Source of the DNA: a phage
Sequence record: PZ445431.1
Reading direction: 5' to 3' (one strand)
DNA: 64,000 nt
Made by a program: the position numbers and the translations under genes. Of this stretch, positions 18,605 through 26,808 are shown in pieces. The notes beneath the pieces are model-generated. The model was not told where the DNA came from, made no database searches, and saw only the letters and a list, made by a program, of their open reading frames with translations. Position 1 is the stretch's first letter. Each line of letters opens with the position of its first letter.

Positions 18605-19549
18605 ATGTTTACTAAAAACACTAAAGAACTGACTTCCGATCAAAAAGTAATTCGTACTATTAAACGTTGGGGCGTTGGTGCTGTAGTTGGTCTTGGCGCT
18701 CTTATTCTGGCTCTCAATTCCTATACAGTTGTTCAGGACGGTACGGTTAAAACTCAGACTTTCCTGGGTAAAGTTAGTCCTAATCCTGTATTGCCGGGGT
18801 TCCATATTGTCAACCCATTCGCCTCTTTTGATACTTTTAGTACGAAAGATATTTCTATGAAACTGGATAAACTTCAGGTTCCTAGCCAGGATAAGTTTAA
18901 GTCCACTGTTGACATTACCGTTATGTTGCAGTTTGATGGTGCTAAAGCTCCTATGAACCGTGTTAACGCAGGTACTCAGGATCAAGCTCTGAACAAGTAC
19001 GTTGAAGAGAAGATGCTATCTACGATTCGTGAGTTTGGTAAGTCTGTACCAAAAGCACAAGATCTGTTCGACGCTAAGATTCAGGCTCAACTGCAAACTG
19101 CTATTCAGCAAGAAGTAGAAGAGTACGCGCGTCCTTATGGTTACACGGTTAAGCAAGTATTCCTTCAGGATATTACTCTGCCACCTGTAATCATGGAACA
19201 GGTACAAAACACAAAAGTTCGTGAAGAACAAGTTAACGCCGCTAAAGCTGAATTGGCTCGTGTTGAACAAGAAGCACAGCAGAAAGTTAAGCAAGCTGAA
19301 GCTGATCGTTCTGCTCGTGAAAACATGGCAGTAGCTAACGAACGTGACGCAGATGCTAAACTGTACGCAGCTAAGAAAGAAGCTGAAGCTAACGCCGCGC
19401 TGCAACGTACCATTACTCCTGAAATGATTCGTTGGAAGCAGCTGGAAGTTGAAATGCTTCGTGCTGAAAAATACCAAGGTGGTGTACCGCAGACTGTTGT
19501 TGGTACTGGCTACGATGGTCAAATGATCATGGATATGCGTAACAAGTAA
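18605..19549 (+). CDS. SPFH/band-7 (prohibitin/HflKC-like) membrane protein
   Basis: N-terminal TM helix, then VVQDGTVK...LPGFHIVNPF SPFH core and long Ala/Glu/Gln-rich coiled-coil tail. Confidence 0.7.
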   Translation: MFTKNTKELTSDQKVIRTIKRWGVGAVVGLGALILALNSYTVVQDGTVKTQTFLGKVSPNPVLPGFHIVNPFASFDTFSTKDISMKLDKLQVPSQDKFKSTVDITVMLQFDGAKAPMNRVNAGTQDQALNKYVEEKMLSTIREFGKSVPKAQDLFDAKIQAQLQTAIQQEVEEYARPYGYTVKQVFLQDITLPPVIMEQVQNTKVREEQVNAAKAELARVEQEAQQKVKQAEADRSARENMAVANERDADAKLYAAKKEAEANAALQRTITPEMIRWKQLEVEMLRAEKYQGGVPQTVVGTGYDGQMIMDMRNK

Positions 19550-19572
19550 TAGTTACACGTAATCTTCGAACC

Positions 19573-19612
19573 AAGCCCGCGTTTCCTCTGAGAGCGCGGG
19601 CTTTTCTGTATT
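19573..19612 (+). terminator. rho-independent terminator
   Basis: AAGCCCGCG ... CGCGGGCTT stem followed by TTCTGTATTT. Confidence 0.7.
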
Positions 19613-19752
19613 TAAGGCAAAAGAAAAGCCCATAAGTTATTCAACTAAGGTCTTTAGTATTTAATTCTTTAGAATCATATACTATTATTTCAGCAACAAC
19701 GTGCTGCCCTTAAGTGCCCTGCGATTTTCCTCTAAAAAGTTAAAAAATTCGA

Positions 19753-19781
19753 TTGCTTGAATGCTAAATTCTCTGTATAAT
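19753..19781 (+). promoter_or_regulatory. T5-type early promoter upstream of nadR-like gene
   Basis: TTGCTT 19753-19758, TATAAT 19776-19781. Confidence 0.7.
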
Positions 19782-19811
19782 ATATTTATAAATTTGAGAG
19801 AGGAATCAAAT

Positions 19812-20867
19812 ATGATTAAGACTGGTCTAGTAATTGGTAAGTTCGCACCATTAACACGTGGTCATATTAACCTAATAAACACAGCAGCAACTATGTGTGA
19901 ACGAGTTATAGTTGTAGTTAGTCATGATAATCGCTGGCTGGATAAACAAAACACACGTGATCAGGAAGTCTTACAGTTAAAGAACCGACTTCGTTGGTTA
20001 GAACAAACTTACGCGGATATTGAGCACATTTCGGTAGAGTACATTATTGAAGATGATATTCCTGAATATCCGAATGGTTGGCCGGAATATGCTAGAATAC
20101 TTAATGAAAATTATGGACATTTGCCTGAGATCACCATTTTCTCTAGCGAACTAGACTATGATGCAGAATATAAGAAATATCTGCCGAAGTTTGGTCATTA
20201 TATTGTAGATTCTGATCGGACTCGTGTTCCAATCTCAGCTACAATGATTCGTAATGATCTTATGAAGTATTGGGAGTTTCTTCCTAGCGTAGTTCGTAAA
20301 GATTACGTGCGTAAGGTTGTAATCATTGGGACTGAAAGCTCGGGAAAGACTACTTTAACAAAATACCTTGCGAAGCTATACAACACTTCGTGGGTAGAAG
20401 AATATGGTCGAACGTATTGTGAAGTTGATCTAGTTGGTAACGAAAATCTGCTTACCAGCGAAGATTATAGTAAAATTGCGTTCAGACACAAAGAGCTAGA
20501 GTTTGAAGCAGAACGTACTGCAAATAAGATCATGTTTGTGGATACAAATGCTTTTATTACTGAGTTCTACCACAGACTTTATGAACATAGTAAGAATCCT
20601 GTGGTTACAGCAATTGCAAAAGAAGAACATTATGATTTAGTAATTGTTCTAGCGCCTACTGTCAAGTGGGTAGATGATGGTTTACGTATTAACTCCGATC
20701 GTTCAATTACTTCTGAACTGTTCGAGCAGATGAAGAAAGAATTTCCAAATCAGTTCCCTGAAGGGCGTACTGTTTACATCGACTCTCCGGACTACAAAGT
20801 TCGTATGGACGAAGCAGTAAACGCAGTAGACTGGCTGATTCATCACTTTAACGTTGGAGAGTTTTAA
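19812..20867 (+). CDS. nadR: NadR-like bifunctional NMN adenylyltransferase / ribosylnicotinamide kinase (no HTH domain)
   Basis: GKFAPLTRGHINLI nucleotidyltransferase motif and VVIIGTESSGKTTLTKYLAKLYNTSWVEEYGR P-loop closely matching NadR; start ATG 19812 after conserved leader GAGAGAGGAATCAAAT. Confidence 0.8.
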   Translation: MIKTGLVIGKFAPLTRGHINLINTAATMCERVIVVVSHDNRWLDKQNTRDQEVLQLKNRLRWLEQTYADIEHISVEYIIEDDIPEYPNGWPEYARILNENYGHLPEITIFSSELDYDAEYKKYLPKFGHYIVDSDRTRVPISATMIRNDLMKYWEFLPSVVRKDYVRKVVIIGTESSGKTTLTKYLAKLYNTSWVEEYGRTYCEVDLVGNENLLTSEDYSKIAFRHKELEFEAERTANKIMFVDTNAFITEFYHRLYEHSKNPVVTAIAKEEHYDLVIVLAPTVKWVDDGLRINSDRSITSELFEQMKKEFPNQFPEGRTVYIDSPDYKVRMDEAVNAVDWLIHHFNVGEF

Positions 20868-20868
20868 T

Positions 20869-21546
20869 ATGACTAACTATCTCGTAAATGACTTTAAAAA
20901 CTGGAAACCTCTGGAATATCTGTGGCTGTTCATAGCGGTTGTCTTCATTAGTTTAGCAAACTATAATGGTACAGCTCTAGATTGGGCTACTGCAATAACC
21001 AATGTGGTTTGTGTTATTCTGGTTGCAAAAGGACGTGTTTCCAACTATATTTGGGGCTTAGTGGGTGTTCTTACATATGGTATTACAGCTTTAAACGCAG
21101 ATCTTTATGGTAACGCTGCACTAAACCTGCTATACTACGTTCCTATGCAGTTTTATGGAATGTACTTATGGCATAAAAATAAGCCAAGTAATCTGCCGGA
21201 TGTTCCAACTAAGGTTCTGACTAAAGCCCAAGCTCTGCTGACTCTAGGGATTCTAGCAGTAGCCACGTTAGGGTATGGTAGTTTCTTAGCTACTACGGCT
21301 GATCCATTTCCAATGTTGGATGCATTTACTGCGGTAGGTAGTGTGATCGCTATGTGGCTTATGGTTAAGCAGTATGCCGAGCAGTGGCTGATCTGGATTG
21401 CTATTAACATTGGTACTGTGTACATTTGGCTTGTAACTGCTCAATCTACAGGTGCATCTTATGCAATCCTAGCAATGTGGCTAGTATTCTTAGGTAACTC
21501 TATTATGGGAGCCTATAAAGGATACTTTGTACGCGTTAACAAATAA
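20869..21546 (+). CDS. pnuC: PnuC-family nicotinamide riboside transporter
   Basis: Multi-TM 226 aa protein with Trp-rich PnuC-like helices, immediately downstream of the nadR-like gene. Confidence 0.7.
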   Translation: MTNYLVNDFKNWKPLEYLWLFIAVVFISLANYNGTALDWATAITNVVCVILVAKGRVSNYIWGLVGVLTYGITALNADLYGNAALNLLYYVPMQFYGMYLWHKNKPSNLPDVPTKVLTKAQALLTLGILAVATLGYGSFLATTADPFPMLDAFTAVGSVIAMWLMVKQYAEQWLIWIAINIGTVYIWLVTAQSTGASYAILAMWLVFLGNSIMGAYKGYFVRVNK

Positions 21547-21553
21547 AGTAGTT

Positions 21554-21580
21554 ATAGCCCTCGCTTAGAGGGCTATTATA
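21554..21580 (+). terminator. rho-independent terminator
   Basis: TAGCCCTC-GCTTA-GAGGGCTA hairpin followed by TTATAC. Confidence 0.6.
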
Positions 21581-21593
21581 CAGAAATTTTCAC

Positions 21594-21622
21594 TTGCTTA
21601 ATATAGAAAATTTCTGTATAAT
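21594..21622 (+). promoter_or_regulatory. T5-type early promoter
   Basis: TTGCTT 21594-21599, TATAAT 21617-21622. Confidence 0.7.
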
Positions 21623-21652
21623 ATATTTATAAATTTGAGAGAGGAATCAAAT

Positions 21653-21949
21653 ATGAAACGCATTGTACTTGCATTGACTCTAGTATCTACTTCTGTATTT
21701 GCTGCTCCACAACAGGAACTTTGTCAAGTTCAAGTTTGTAATAAGCTAGAACGATTTACTCTAGACATTTGGTCACATATTAAAGATAATATGGGTGAAC
21801 AGTGTTTTGATATTGTTCTGCCAAAAGAACAAGCTGTTCCTGGTGCTGTTCTCAGTTCAGAATCACGTTGGTGGCAGGGTTCTTCTATCAATCCAACTAA
21901 GAAGTCAGTGACACGTATCAAACAAGTATATCAGTGCAATGTTCAGTAA
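21653..21949 (+). CDS. secreted small Cys-containing protein
   Basis: Signal peptide MKRIVLALTLVSTSVFA; four Cys; conserved promoter/leader upstream. Confidence 0.6.
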   Translation: MKRIVLALTLVSTSVFAAPQQELCQVQVCNKLERFTLDIWSHIKDNMGEQCFDIVLPKEQAVPGAVLSSESRWWQGSSINPTKKSVTRIKQVYQCNVQ

Positions 21950-21957
21950 AATTTCAC

Positions 21958-21986
21958 TTGCTTAATGCCGAAATTTTCTGTATAAT
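21958..21986 (+). promoter_or_regulatory. T5-type early promoter driving tRNA-Ser/tRNA-CAU
   Basis: TTGCTT 21958-21963, TATAAT 21981-21986; tRNA starts 15 nt downstream. Confidence 0.7.
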
Positions 21987-22000
21987 ATATTCATAATTTC

Positions 22001-22091
22001 GGAAGATTAACCCTAAAGGTAAGGGAGCTGTTTGCTAAACAGCTAGTAGCTGTGGAAACACGGTGTGCCAGTTCGAGTCTGGCATCTTCCT
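22001..22091 (+). tRNA. tRNA-Ser (anticodon GCU), type II
   Basis: Perfect acceptor GGAAGAT/ATCTTCC, anticodon arm GCTGT-TTGCTAA-ACAGC, long variable arm, T-arm GCCAG-TTCGAGT-CTGGC, encoded CCA. Confidence 0.75.
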
Positions 22092-22099
22092 CCAAATTT

Positions 22100-22174
22100 G
22101 GTTCTCAAGCTCATTTGGTATGAGCCGTCGCCTCATAAGCGAAAGGTAGGTAGGTTCGAATCCTCCGGGAGCCA
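22100..22174 (+). tRNA. tRNA with CAU anticodon (Met/fMet or Ile-lysidine)
   Basis: Acceptor GGTTCTC/GGGAGCC (two G-U), anticodon loop CTCATAA, T-loop TTCGAAT, encoded CCA. Confidence 0.6.
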
Positions 22175-22194
22175 CCAATTAACTAGGAGACGAT

Positions 22195-22380
22195 ATGTCT
22201 AAGTTTCAGGAATTGAAGCAGGAACTAGAAGAGTGTGCCTGCCCAAAATGCTTCGGAGCAGGTGAATGGAACGATGCTGAACCTGGTGATACATGGTATA
22301 ATACATACGTTTGTACACATTGTAATGGTTCTGGTATTAATCCTGAATGCGGTATTTCTCTAGGTATTGAGCGAGGCTAA
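22195..22380 (+). CDS. hypothetical Cys-rich (zinc-ribbon-like) small protein
   Basis: CxxC ... CxxC pairs in 61 aa; AGGAG RBS. Confidence 0.5.
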   Translation: MSKFQELKQELEECACPKCFGAGEWNDAEPGDTWYNTYVCTHCNGSGINPECGISLGIERG

Positions 22381-22381
22381 G

Positions 22382-22714
22382 ATGGATATTTACACTACAC
22401 CAGCAGTAAACCTGATTGGCTCTTGCCTTGTGCATTTCCGCTTCTTCCAAACGGATGATAGCAAAGAGGAGTATACCTATCCTCTGATGGATTTTCAGAT
22501 TGAGGACTTCTTCCGTGAAGTGCGTAATATCTCTGAGAACTTCTATTATGGCATGGATAAGGAAGACTTTGACATTGAGTTCCCTATAATCTCTCGTTAT
22601 TTCCTAGAGCAGTCCGACGCTCGGTTTGAGAAGATTGAACACATGGAAGTAGCCTGGGCTATCCAGTTCGAAATTACTGGCTTTGCTCGATACATTCAAG
22701 GTTACGAACTATGA
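22382..22714 (+). CDS. hypothetical protein (about 110 aa)
   Basis: ORF; start moved to internal ATG 22382 to avoid overlap. Confidence 0.5.
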   Translation: MDIYTTPAVNLIGSCLVHFRFFQTDDSKEEYTYPLMDFQIEDFFREVRNISENFYYGMDKEDFDIEFPIISRYFLEQSDARFEKIEHMEVAWAIQFEITGFARYIQGYEL

Positions 22715-22809
22715 AATTAAAAGATTATTATATTGGTTGGTTTGTAGGACTAATAGTAGGATTTTCACTGGGCTACAACTTGTATCAACTGATAAACTGA
22801 TTACATGGG
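22714..22809 (+). CDS. possible small hydrophobic peptide (31 aa)
   Basis: ATGA-coupled to upstream stop; single predicted TM; overlaps the 5' end of the following tRNA by 3 nt. Confidence 0.25.
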
Positions 22810-22880
22810 GGTGTAATCGAATTGGCATAGGTACTGGACTTAAAATTCAGGTTTTGTGGGTTCGAATCCCACCACCCCTA
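22807..22880 (+). tRNA. tRNA, anticodon UAA by eye (Leu-type anticodon on a short-variable-arm body)
   Basis: Acceptor GGGGGTG/CACCCCT, anticodon arm CTGGA-CTTAAAA-TTCAG, T-arm GTGGG-TTCGAAT-CCCAC, A73, encoded CCA. Confidence 0.55.
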
Positions 22881-22898
22881 CCAAATTAAGGAAATAAA

Positions 22899-23021
22899 AT
22901 GAAAGCTATTAAGAAAGCACTGCGTAAATTTATGTATTGTCGTTTTCATAGCATCAAGGCTTCAACTAATGGTACTACTTACGATCGCTATGATCCTAAG
23001 TTTGGCTTACATTCTAAATAA
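22899..23021 (+). CDS. possible small basic protein (40 aa)
   Basis: AAGGAA RBS then ATG; not in track (<60 aa). Confidence 0.3.
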   Translation: MKAIKKALRKFMYCRFHSIKASTNGTTYDRYDPKFGLHSK

Positions 23022-23035
23022 CTGGAGAAAACAAA

Positions 23036-23241
23036 TGGCTAATCCTGAAATTACGGCACAACGCTTTATGCTGAAAGGAATTATTGCTGAAGCAGGCATG
23101 ACAGAAGAAGTTGCAGATTTTCAAAAGCAATTCCTCAATATTCTCACTCAAGCCAAAGAGCTAGGAGAGAAAGAACATGGCGCGGCTATTATGGCAATCA
23201 CATTGGTTGGGCTTGATCTGGCTGAAGAATCAGGAGTTTAA
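23036..23241 (+). CDS. hypothetical protein (68 aa)
   Basis: ATG 23036 after GGAGAA RBS; track form 22969..23241 begins inside the preceding small ORF. Confidence 0.45.
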
Positions 23242-23271
23242 CTCCTCCAAGCAGAAATTTTAAAAATGTAC

Positions 23272-23301
23272 TTGCTTTTTACTTAAGATTTCTGCTATAA
23301 T
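23272..23301 (+). promoter_or_regulatory. T5-type early promoter (N18 spacing)
   Basis: TTGCTT 23272-23277, TATAAT 23296-23301. Confidence 0.6.
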
Positions 23302-23330
23302 AGTTATATAAGTTGATGAGAGGAATCAGA

Positions 23331-23597
23331 ATGTTAAAACGTTTTGCAGCAACTGGTATTGAAAGCTCAGTATGTAAATCCTGGGGTGGTTGGGAAGGTG
23401 AGATCGAGTGGCTTTATTTCTACAATGTAGAACTTCTTCCAGAGATCAAAGCTCAATGTATTGAGGCTGGTATGGCTCCTGATGCTACGGCTGATGTTGA
23501 AATCAGCATGAATAAGCTAGAGGGTCGAGTAGTCACTGTTACTGATGAAGGTGAAGAGGTATTCGAACTTCCATTCACTTTGAAAGTCACTCCTTAA
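23331..23597 (+). CDS. hypothetical protein (88 aa)
   Basis: ATG directly after conserved leader TTGATGAGAGGAATCAGA. Confidence 0.55.
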   Translation: MLKRFAATGIESSVCKSWGGWEGEIEWLYFYNVELLPEIKAQCIEAGMAPDATADVEISMNKLEGRVVTVTDEGEEVFELPFTLKVTP

Positions 23598-23642
23598 TTT
23601 GATTAACTGATACAGCACTGAGCAAGTTCTTTAAAATTTGAC

Positions 23643-23671
23643 TTGCTCAGTCCTTCAAAACTTGATATAAT
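23643..23671 (+). promoter_or_regulatory. T5-type early promoter driving tRNA-Tyr/Glu cluster
   Basis: TTGCTC 23643-23648, TATAAT 23666-23671. Confidence 0.65.
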
Positions 23672-23735
23672 AGTTATCTAATTTGGAAAACATATTTAAA
23701 AGTGTTTAAACTAGTATTTGAATATTTCTAAATAT

Positions 23736-23823
23736 GTTGGATTAGTATCGTAGAGGTAGCGAAGCAGACTGTAAATCTGCCGACTCGGAAGGGTCTCGGG
23801 TGGTTCGACTCCATCATCCAACA
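23736..23823 (+). tRNA. tRNA-Tyr (anticodon GUA), type II
   Basis: Perfect acceptor GTTGGAT/ATCCAAC, anticodon arm GCAGA-CTGTAAA-TCTGC, long variable arm, encoded CCA. Confidence 0.75.
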
Positions 23824-23833
23824 CCAAATTTAA

Positions 23834-23907
23834 GTCCTGTTAGACAAACTGGTAAAGTCACTACCCTTTCAAGGTAGGATTTGCGGGTTCGATCCCCGCA
23901 CAGGACG
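23834..23907 (+). tRNA. tRNA-Glu (anticodon UUC)
   Basis: Perfect acceptor GTCCTGT/ACAGGAC, anticodon arm CTACC-CTTTCAA-GGTAG, T-arm GCGGG-TTCGATC-CCCGC, encoded CCA. Confidence 0.75.
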
Positions 23908-23917
23908 CCAATTTCTG

Positions 23918-23995
23918 CATTCCTAGAGTGTTACTGGACAGCATGTCGGTCTCCAAAACCGTACGGTCTAGGTTCGAGTCCTAGTAGGTTTGCCA
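23918..23995 (+). tRNA. tRNA-like gene, possibly Trp (CCA anticodon arm CGGT-CTCCAAA-ACCG); acceptor stem not resolved
   Basis: Anticodon arm and T-arm CTAGG-TTCGAGT-CCTAG resemble tRNA-Trp but I could not pair a 5' acceptor strand by eye. Confidence 0.35.
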
Positions 23996-24001
23996 ATATT
24001 T

Positions 24002-24073
24002 GCACCTTTAGCTGAGATGGATTAGCGCTTGCCTGAAGAGCTTGAGAGGTTCGTTCGATACGAACAGGGTGCA
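24002..24073 (+). tRNA. tRNA, anticodon not resolved by eye (possibly CCU)
   Basis: Acceptor GCACCTT/AGGGTGC, T-arm GTTCG-TTCGATA-CGAAC, encoded CCA; anticodon stem has a mismatch. Confidence 0.5.
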
Positions 24074-24087
24074 CCAATTTGAAGGAG

Positions 24088-24366
24088 ATGCTGATGCATC
24101 CTGAAAACTTCTTTATTTACTGTGCGGATAAGTCACTGAAACGCAGAATTAACAAAGTCTATCATTATCGTGCTAGTCAACAGCCTTATGTTTATGCTTT
24201 TGATGGAGATTACATCCCACTAGAACAGTTGGCCTGTGATTACATGGTTTTGAAGAACTTTGACGAGACAAAGATCTCAAGCGTTCATAATCGACAGAAC
24301 CCGTTAACGTGGAAATATAAGAAGAAAAAGAAAGGCATCAAATTCTTAAAAAATGTAGTTGCTTAA
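24088..24366 (+). CDS. hypothetical protein (about 92 aa)
   Basis: GAAGGAG RBS then ATG; 3' end overlaps the next promoter. Confidence 0.5.
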   Translation: MLMHPENFFIYCADKSLKRRINKVYHYRASQQPYVYAFDGDYIPLEQLACDYMVLKNFDETKISSVHNRQNPLTWKYKKKKKGIKFLKNVVA

Positions 24367-24387
24367 CCGCTTAAAGTTCTGTATAAT
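24359..24387 (+). promoter_or_regulatory. T5-type early promoter embedded in the 3' end of a CDS
   Basis: TTGCTT 24359-24364, TATAAT 24382-24387. Confidence 0.65.
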
Positions 24388-24416
24388 TATTACATAAATT
24401 GAACTGGAGAAGCAAC

Positions 24417-24641
24417 ATGACAGAACAAGAATTGAAAGAACGTAAGCTGGTAATGCTTCGCTTACTAAACATTTTCTCTGGTATGGATGGTGGTATTGAC
24501 TTCATTCAACTACGCACTTTTGTAGAAGAAGCAGAAGGCGAGGCTATCACTAGGATTCTTAAACATATGGGTTTGTTACTAGATGCTGCTAATGTGGCTA
24601 CTCAATATAAACTCGAAGATTTACCGGAGCGTGTTAAATGA
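24417..24641 (+). CDS. hypothetical protein (74 aa)
   Basis: ATG after conserved leader; track start 24399 lies inside the leader. Confidence 0.55.
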   Translation: MTEQELKERKLVMLRLLNIFSGMDGGIDFIQLRTFVEEAEGEAITRILKHMGLLLDAANVATQYKLEDLPERVK

Positions 24642-24829
24642 AAATGTTAGTTAAATTTAAGTGTTGTGGTTCTGAACATATTTTCACTCGTTATAGAGAG
24701 TTTAAGATGTGTGAGTGCGGTAAATCAGGCTACGATGCTGGAGATGGCTATTATGCTAGATCTATAGGACATTCTAAAGATCTAGAGTTTACTAATCTCG
24801 AAAAGCAAGATAAATCGACCGTTGGCTGA
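24638..24829 (+). CDS. hypothetical Cys-rich small protein (63 aa)
   Basis: CC...CxC cluster; overlapping ATGA coupling. Confidence 0.5.
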   Translation: MKMLVKFKCCGSEHIFTRYREFKMCECGKSGYDAGDGYYARSIGHSKDLEFTNLEKQDKSTVG

Positions 24830-24888
24830 ATGGCTTAGGCGGAGGCCTGCAAAACCTCCTTATGTGAGTTCGAATCTCATGCGGTCGT
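24816..24888 (+). tRNA. tRNA-Cys (anticodon GCA)
   Basis: Acceptor CGACCGT/GCGGTCG, anticodon arm GAGGC-CTGCAAA-ACCTC with a C-A closing mismatch, T-arm GTGAG-TTCGAAT-CTCAT, encoded CCA. Confidence 0.55.
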
Positions 24889-24898
24889 CCAAATTTTA

Positions 24899-24978
24899 GG
24901 GTCGTTAGCCAAGCGGTTTGGCGGTGGACTGTTAATCCATGTCGAAAGACAACGTAGGTTCGAATCCTACACGGCCCG
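24899..24978 (+). tRNA. tRNA-Asn (anticodon GUU) with unusually long variable region
   Basis: Acceptor GGGTCGT/ACGGCCC, anticodon arm GTGGA-CTGTTAA-TCCAT (close to E. coli tRNA-Asn), extra hairpin GTCGAAAGAC before the T-arm, encoded CCA. Confidence 0.55.
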
Positions 24979-25084
24979 CCATATTCTGTGTAGAGTTAAG
25001 TAAACCGGTAGCCAACCAGCTATCATTGCTGATATCGAATTCAGTCACAGATACCATTTTTCATTAACAACTGAGGAAATAGAT

Positions 25085-25270
25085 ATGACAACTCGTGCAA
25101 TTGCTCGACTAGAAGCTGATCGTGATAATCTGATTAATAATATTAAGGTTCGTGGTAATATTATTAAGGCTCTGAAAGCTGAACTTCTTGAAGAACTTCA
25201 AGGTCAAGTAGAGCGTCGTGAAGCTCTAAAAGAGGTTGAGGAAGCTATCGAAAAACTCAAAACTGAGTAA
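25085..25270 (+). CDS. hypothetical coiled-coil protein (61 aa)
   Basis: GAGGAAA RBS. Confidence 0.5.
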   Translation: MTTRAIARLEADRDNLINNIKVRGNIIKALKAELLEELQGQVERREALKEVEEAIEKLKTE

Positions 25271-25273
25271 ATT

Positions 25274-25855
25274 ATGCACGGAATATCCTTACCCATTCCA
25301 GGGTTTGAGGAGTACTTAGTAAGTTTGGATGGGTTAGTATTTAGTATCAAATCAAACAAAATACTAACCCAAATAACCAGTAATTACGGATACTTATCTA
25401 TACGTCTCCATAAAAATGGTCAACAGAGAAATACCGGTGTACATAGGATTTTAGCATGTGCATTTAAGAAATTACCAAGTCTAGACTCTGAACTAGAAGT
25501 TGACCATATTAACACAGACATTACTTATTGGGGTCTTAATAACTTACAAGTGCTCACAAAAGAGCAGCATCTAGAAAAGACTTTAAAAGATAAAGGATTT
25601 AGTAAACTAAACCATGATAATTGTTGTAAGGATTGTGGTAAAGCTATTTCTTTAAAAGCTGAAAAATGTCAGGAGTGCTCTTCACATAAACCAAAAGATA
25701 TCTCTATAACTAAAGAAATAATCGAGGTTACAGTAAGAGAGCTAGGCTGGTCAGGTGCAGGGAGAAAGTTAAGTTATTCAGATAATGGGTTGCGTAAAAG
25801 ATACACTTCTTTAGGAGGCAATCCTAAAGAACTTAAAAAGTTAAAGGTACTATAG
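25274..25855 (+). CDS. HNH homing endonuclease (NUMOD-type N-terminus)
   Basis: IPGFEEYLVSLDGLVFS N-terminal motif and VDHINTD...NNLQVL HNH core; stop codon lies inside the acceptor stem of the next tRNA. Confidence 0.75.
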   Translation: MHGISLPIPGFEEYLVSLDGLVFSIKSNKILTQITSNYGYLSIRLHKNGQQRNTGVHRILACAFKKLPSLDSELEVDHINTDITYWGLNNLQVLTKEQHLEKTLKDKGFSKLNHDNCCKDCGKAISLKAEKCQECSSHKPKDISITKEIIEVTVRELGWSGAGRKLSYSDNGLRKRYTSLGGNPKELKKLKVL

Positions 25856-25917
25856 TCTAACGGTTAGGATACTCCCCTGTCACGGGAGAGGTAGGGTTTC
25901 GATTACCCTTAGTACCG
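25846..25917 (+). tRNA. tRNA-Asp (anticodon GUC)
   Basis: Perfect acceptor GGTACTA/TAGTACC, anticodon arm CTCCC-CTGTCAC-GGGAG, T-arm AGGGT-TTCGATT-ACCCT, encoded CCA; 5' end overlaps the HNH gene stop. Confidence 0.75.
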
Positions 25918-25926
25918 CCAAATTAT

Positions 25927-26000
25927 ACATCCATAGCTCAATTGGTTAGAGCTACCGCCTCTTAAGCGGTAGGTTCTAGGTTCAAGTCCTTCATTGGAGA
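25927..26000 (+). tRNA. tRNA-Lys-like (anticodon CUU); acceptor/T stems imperfect
   Basis: Canonical D-arm GCTCAATTGGTTAGAGC and anticodon arm ACCGC-CTCTTAA-GCGGT; acceptor pairing poor by eye. Confidence 0.4.
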
Positions 26001-26010
26001 CCAAACAATT

Positions 26011-26084
26011 GCGGGTTAGATCTTTGGTAGAGATCGCTAGTCTCATAAGCTAGAAAGAGGTAGGTTCGATTCCTGCACCCGCTT
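26011..26084 (+). tRNA. tRNA with CAU anticodon (second copy)
   Basis: Acceptor GCGGGTT/CACCCGC region, anticodon arm CTAGT-CTCATAA-GCTAG, T-arm GTAGG-TTCGATT-CCTGC, encoded CCA. Confidence 0.6.
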
Positions 26085-26108
26085 CCAATTTAATAGAAGG
26101 ATTTCGAA

Positions 26109-26273
26109 ATGAAATTATTTCGTTTAAAAGTAAGTGATTTACGTTCTAGCAAAGATCGTAAGAAGTATCCACTAGCCCATTACGGTAAAGATGAAAACGA
26201 AGTGATGGCGGAATTTGGTATTAATCACCCTTACTTAAAAGTTTATTCTATTAAGGAAGTCTATGCTAATTAA
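26109..26273 (+). CDS. hypothetical small protein (54 aa)
   Basis: AAGGA RBS then ATG; not in track (<60 aa). Confidence 0.4.
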   Translation: MKLFRLKVSDLRSSKDRKKYPLAHYGKDENEVMAEFGINHPYLKVYSIKEVYAN

Positions 26274-26736
26274 TAAAGTTTTAGCTGCCTTAAACCTTCC
26301 TGATAACTTCATTATAGATGATAAGCTCATAAGAGCTTATATGAGCAAATATAACGAAATTTCAGGTAAAGAAGGTAAGTTAAAAACTTCAGAGTTTAGA
26401 TTCTGTTATCGAATGGCAGCCTTAAATCTCTTAAAATATAAAAGGGAGCATAAAATACCTATAACGGAAGGTTTTGTATATGTAATTGGTAATCCAGCAT
26501 GGCCAGGCATGTATAAAATAGGTATGACTATAGATGTGAATGAGAGGTTAACAAGTTATCAAACTTATTCACCTAATAGAGACTACAAGCTATACCATTT
26601 CAGATTTTCGTCGGATAAAAGACGTACAGAGAAAGAATTACATAATCTTCTTAAAGATTATAGAGTATCTGGAGAATGGTTTGAAGTACCTGTACTAGAT
26701 GCTTTTAAATTATTAGTAGAAAAATTGGATTGCTAG
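26263..26736 (+). CDS. T5orf172-domain (GIY-YIG-like) protein, putative homing endonuclease
   Basis: GFVYVIGNPAWPGMYKIGMTIDVNERL matches the T5orf172/GIY-YIG-like core; 3' end overlaps the next tRNA acceptor stem. Confidence 0.6.
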   Translation: MLINKVLAALNLPDNFIIDDKLIRAYMSKYNEISGKEGKLKTSEFRFCYRMAALNLLKYKREHKIPITEGFVYVIGNPAWPGMYKIGMTIDVNERLTSYQTYSPNRDYKLYHFRFSSDKRRTEKELHNLLKDYRVSGEWFEVPVLDAFKLLVEKLDC

Positions 26737-26801
26737 CTCAACTGGATAAGAGTAGCGGACCTTTAATCCGTCAGTTCTGGGTTCGAATCCCAGGCAATCC
26801 A
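26727..26801 (+). tRNA. tRNA, anticodon UUU by eye (Lys) with C at position 33
   Basis: Perfect acceptor GGATTGC/GCAATCC, T-arm CTGGG-TTCGAAT-CCCAG, encoded CCA. Confidence 0.55.
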
Positions 26802-26808
26802 CCAAATT

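Noticed and set aside
19016-19522. 168 aa and 82 aa minus-strand ORFs inside the SPFH gene
   Set aside because: Antisense shadow ORFs within a motif-supported + strand gene.
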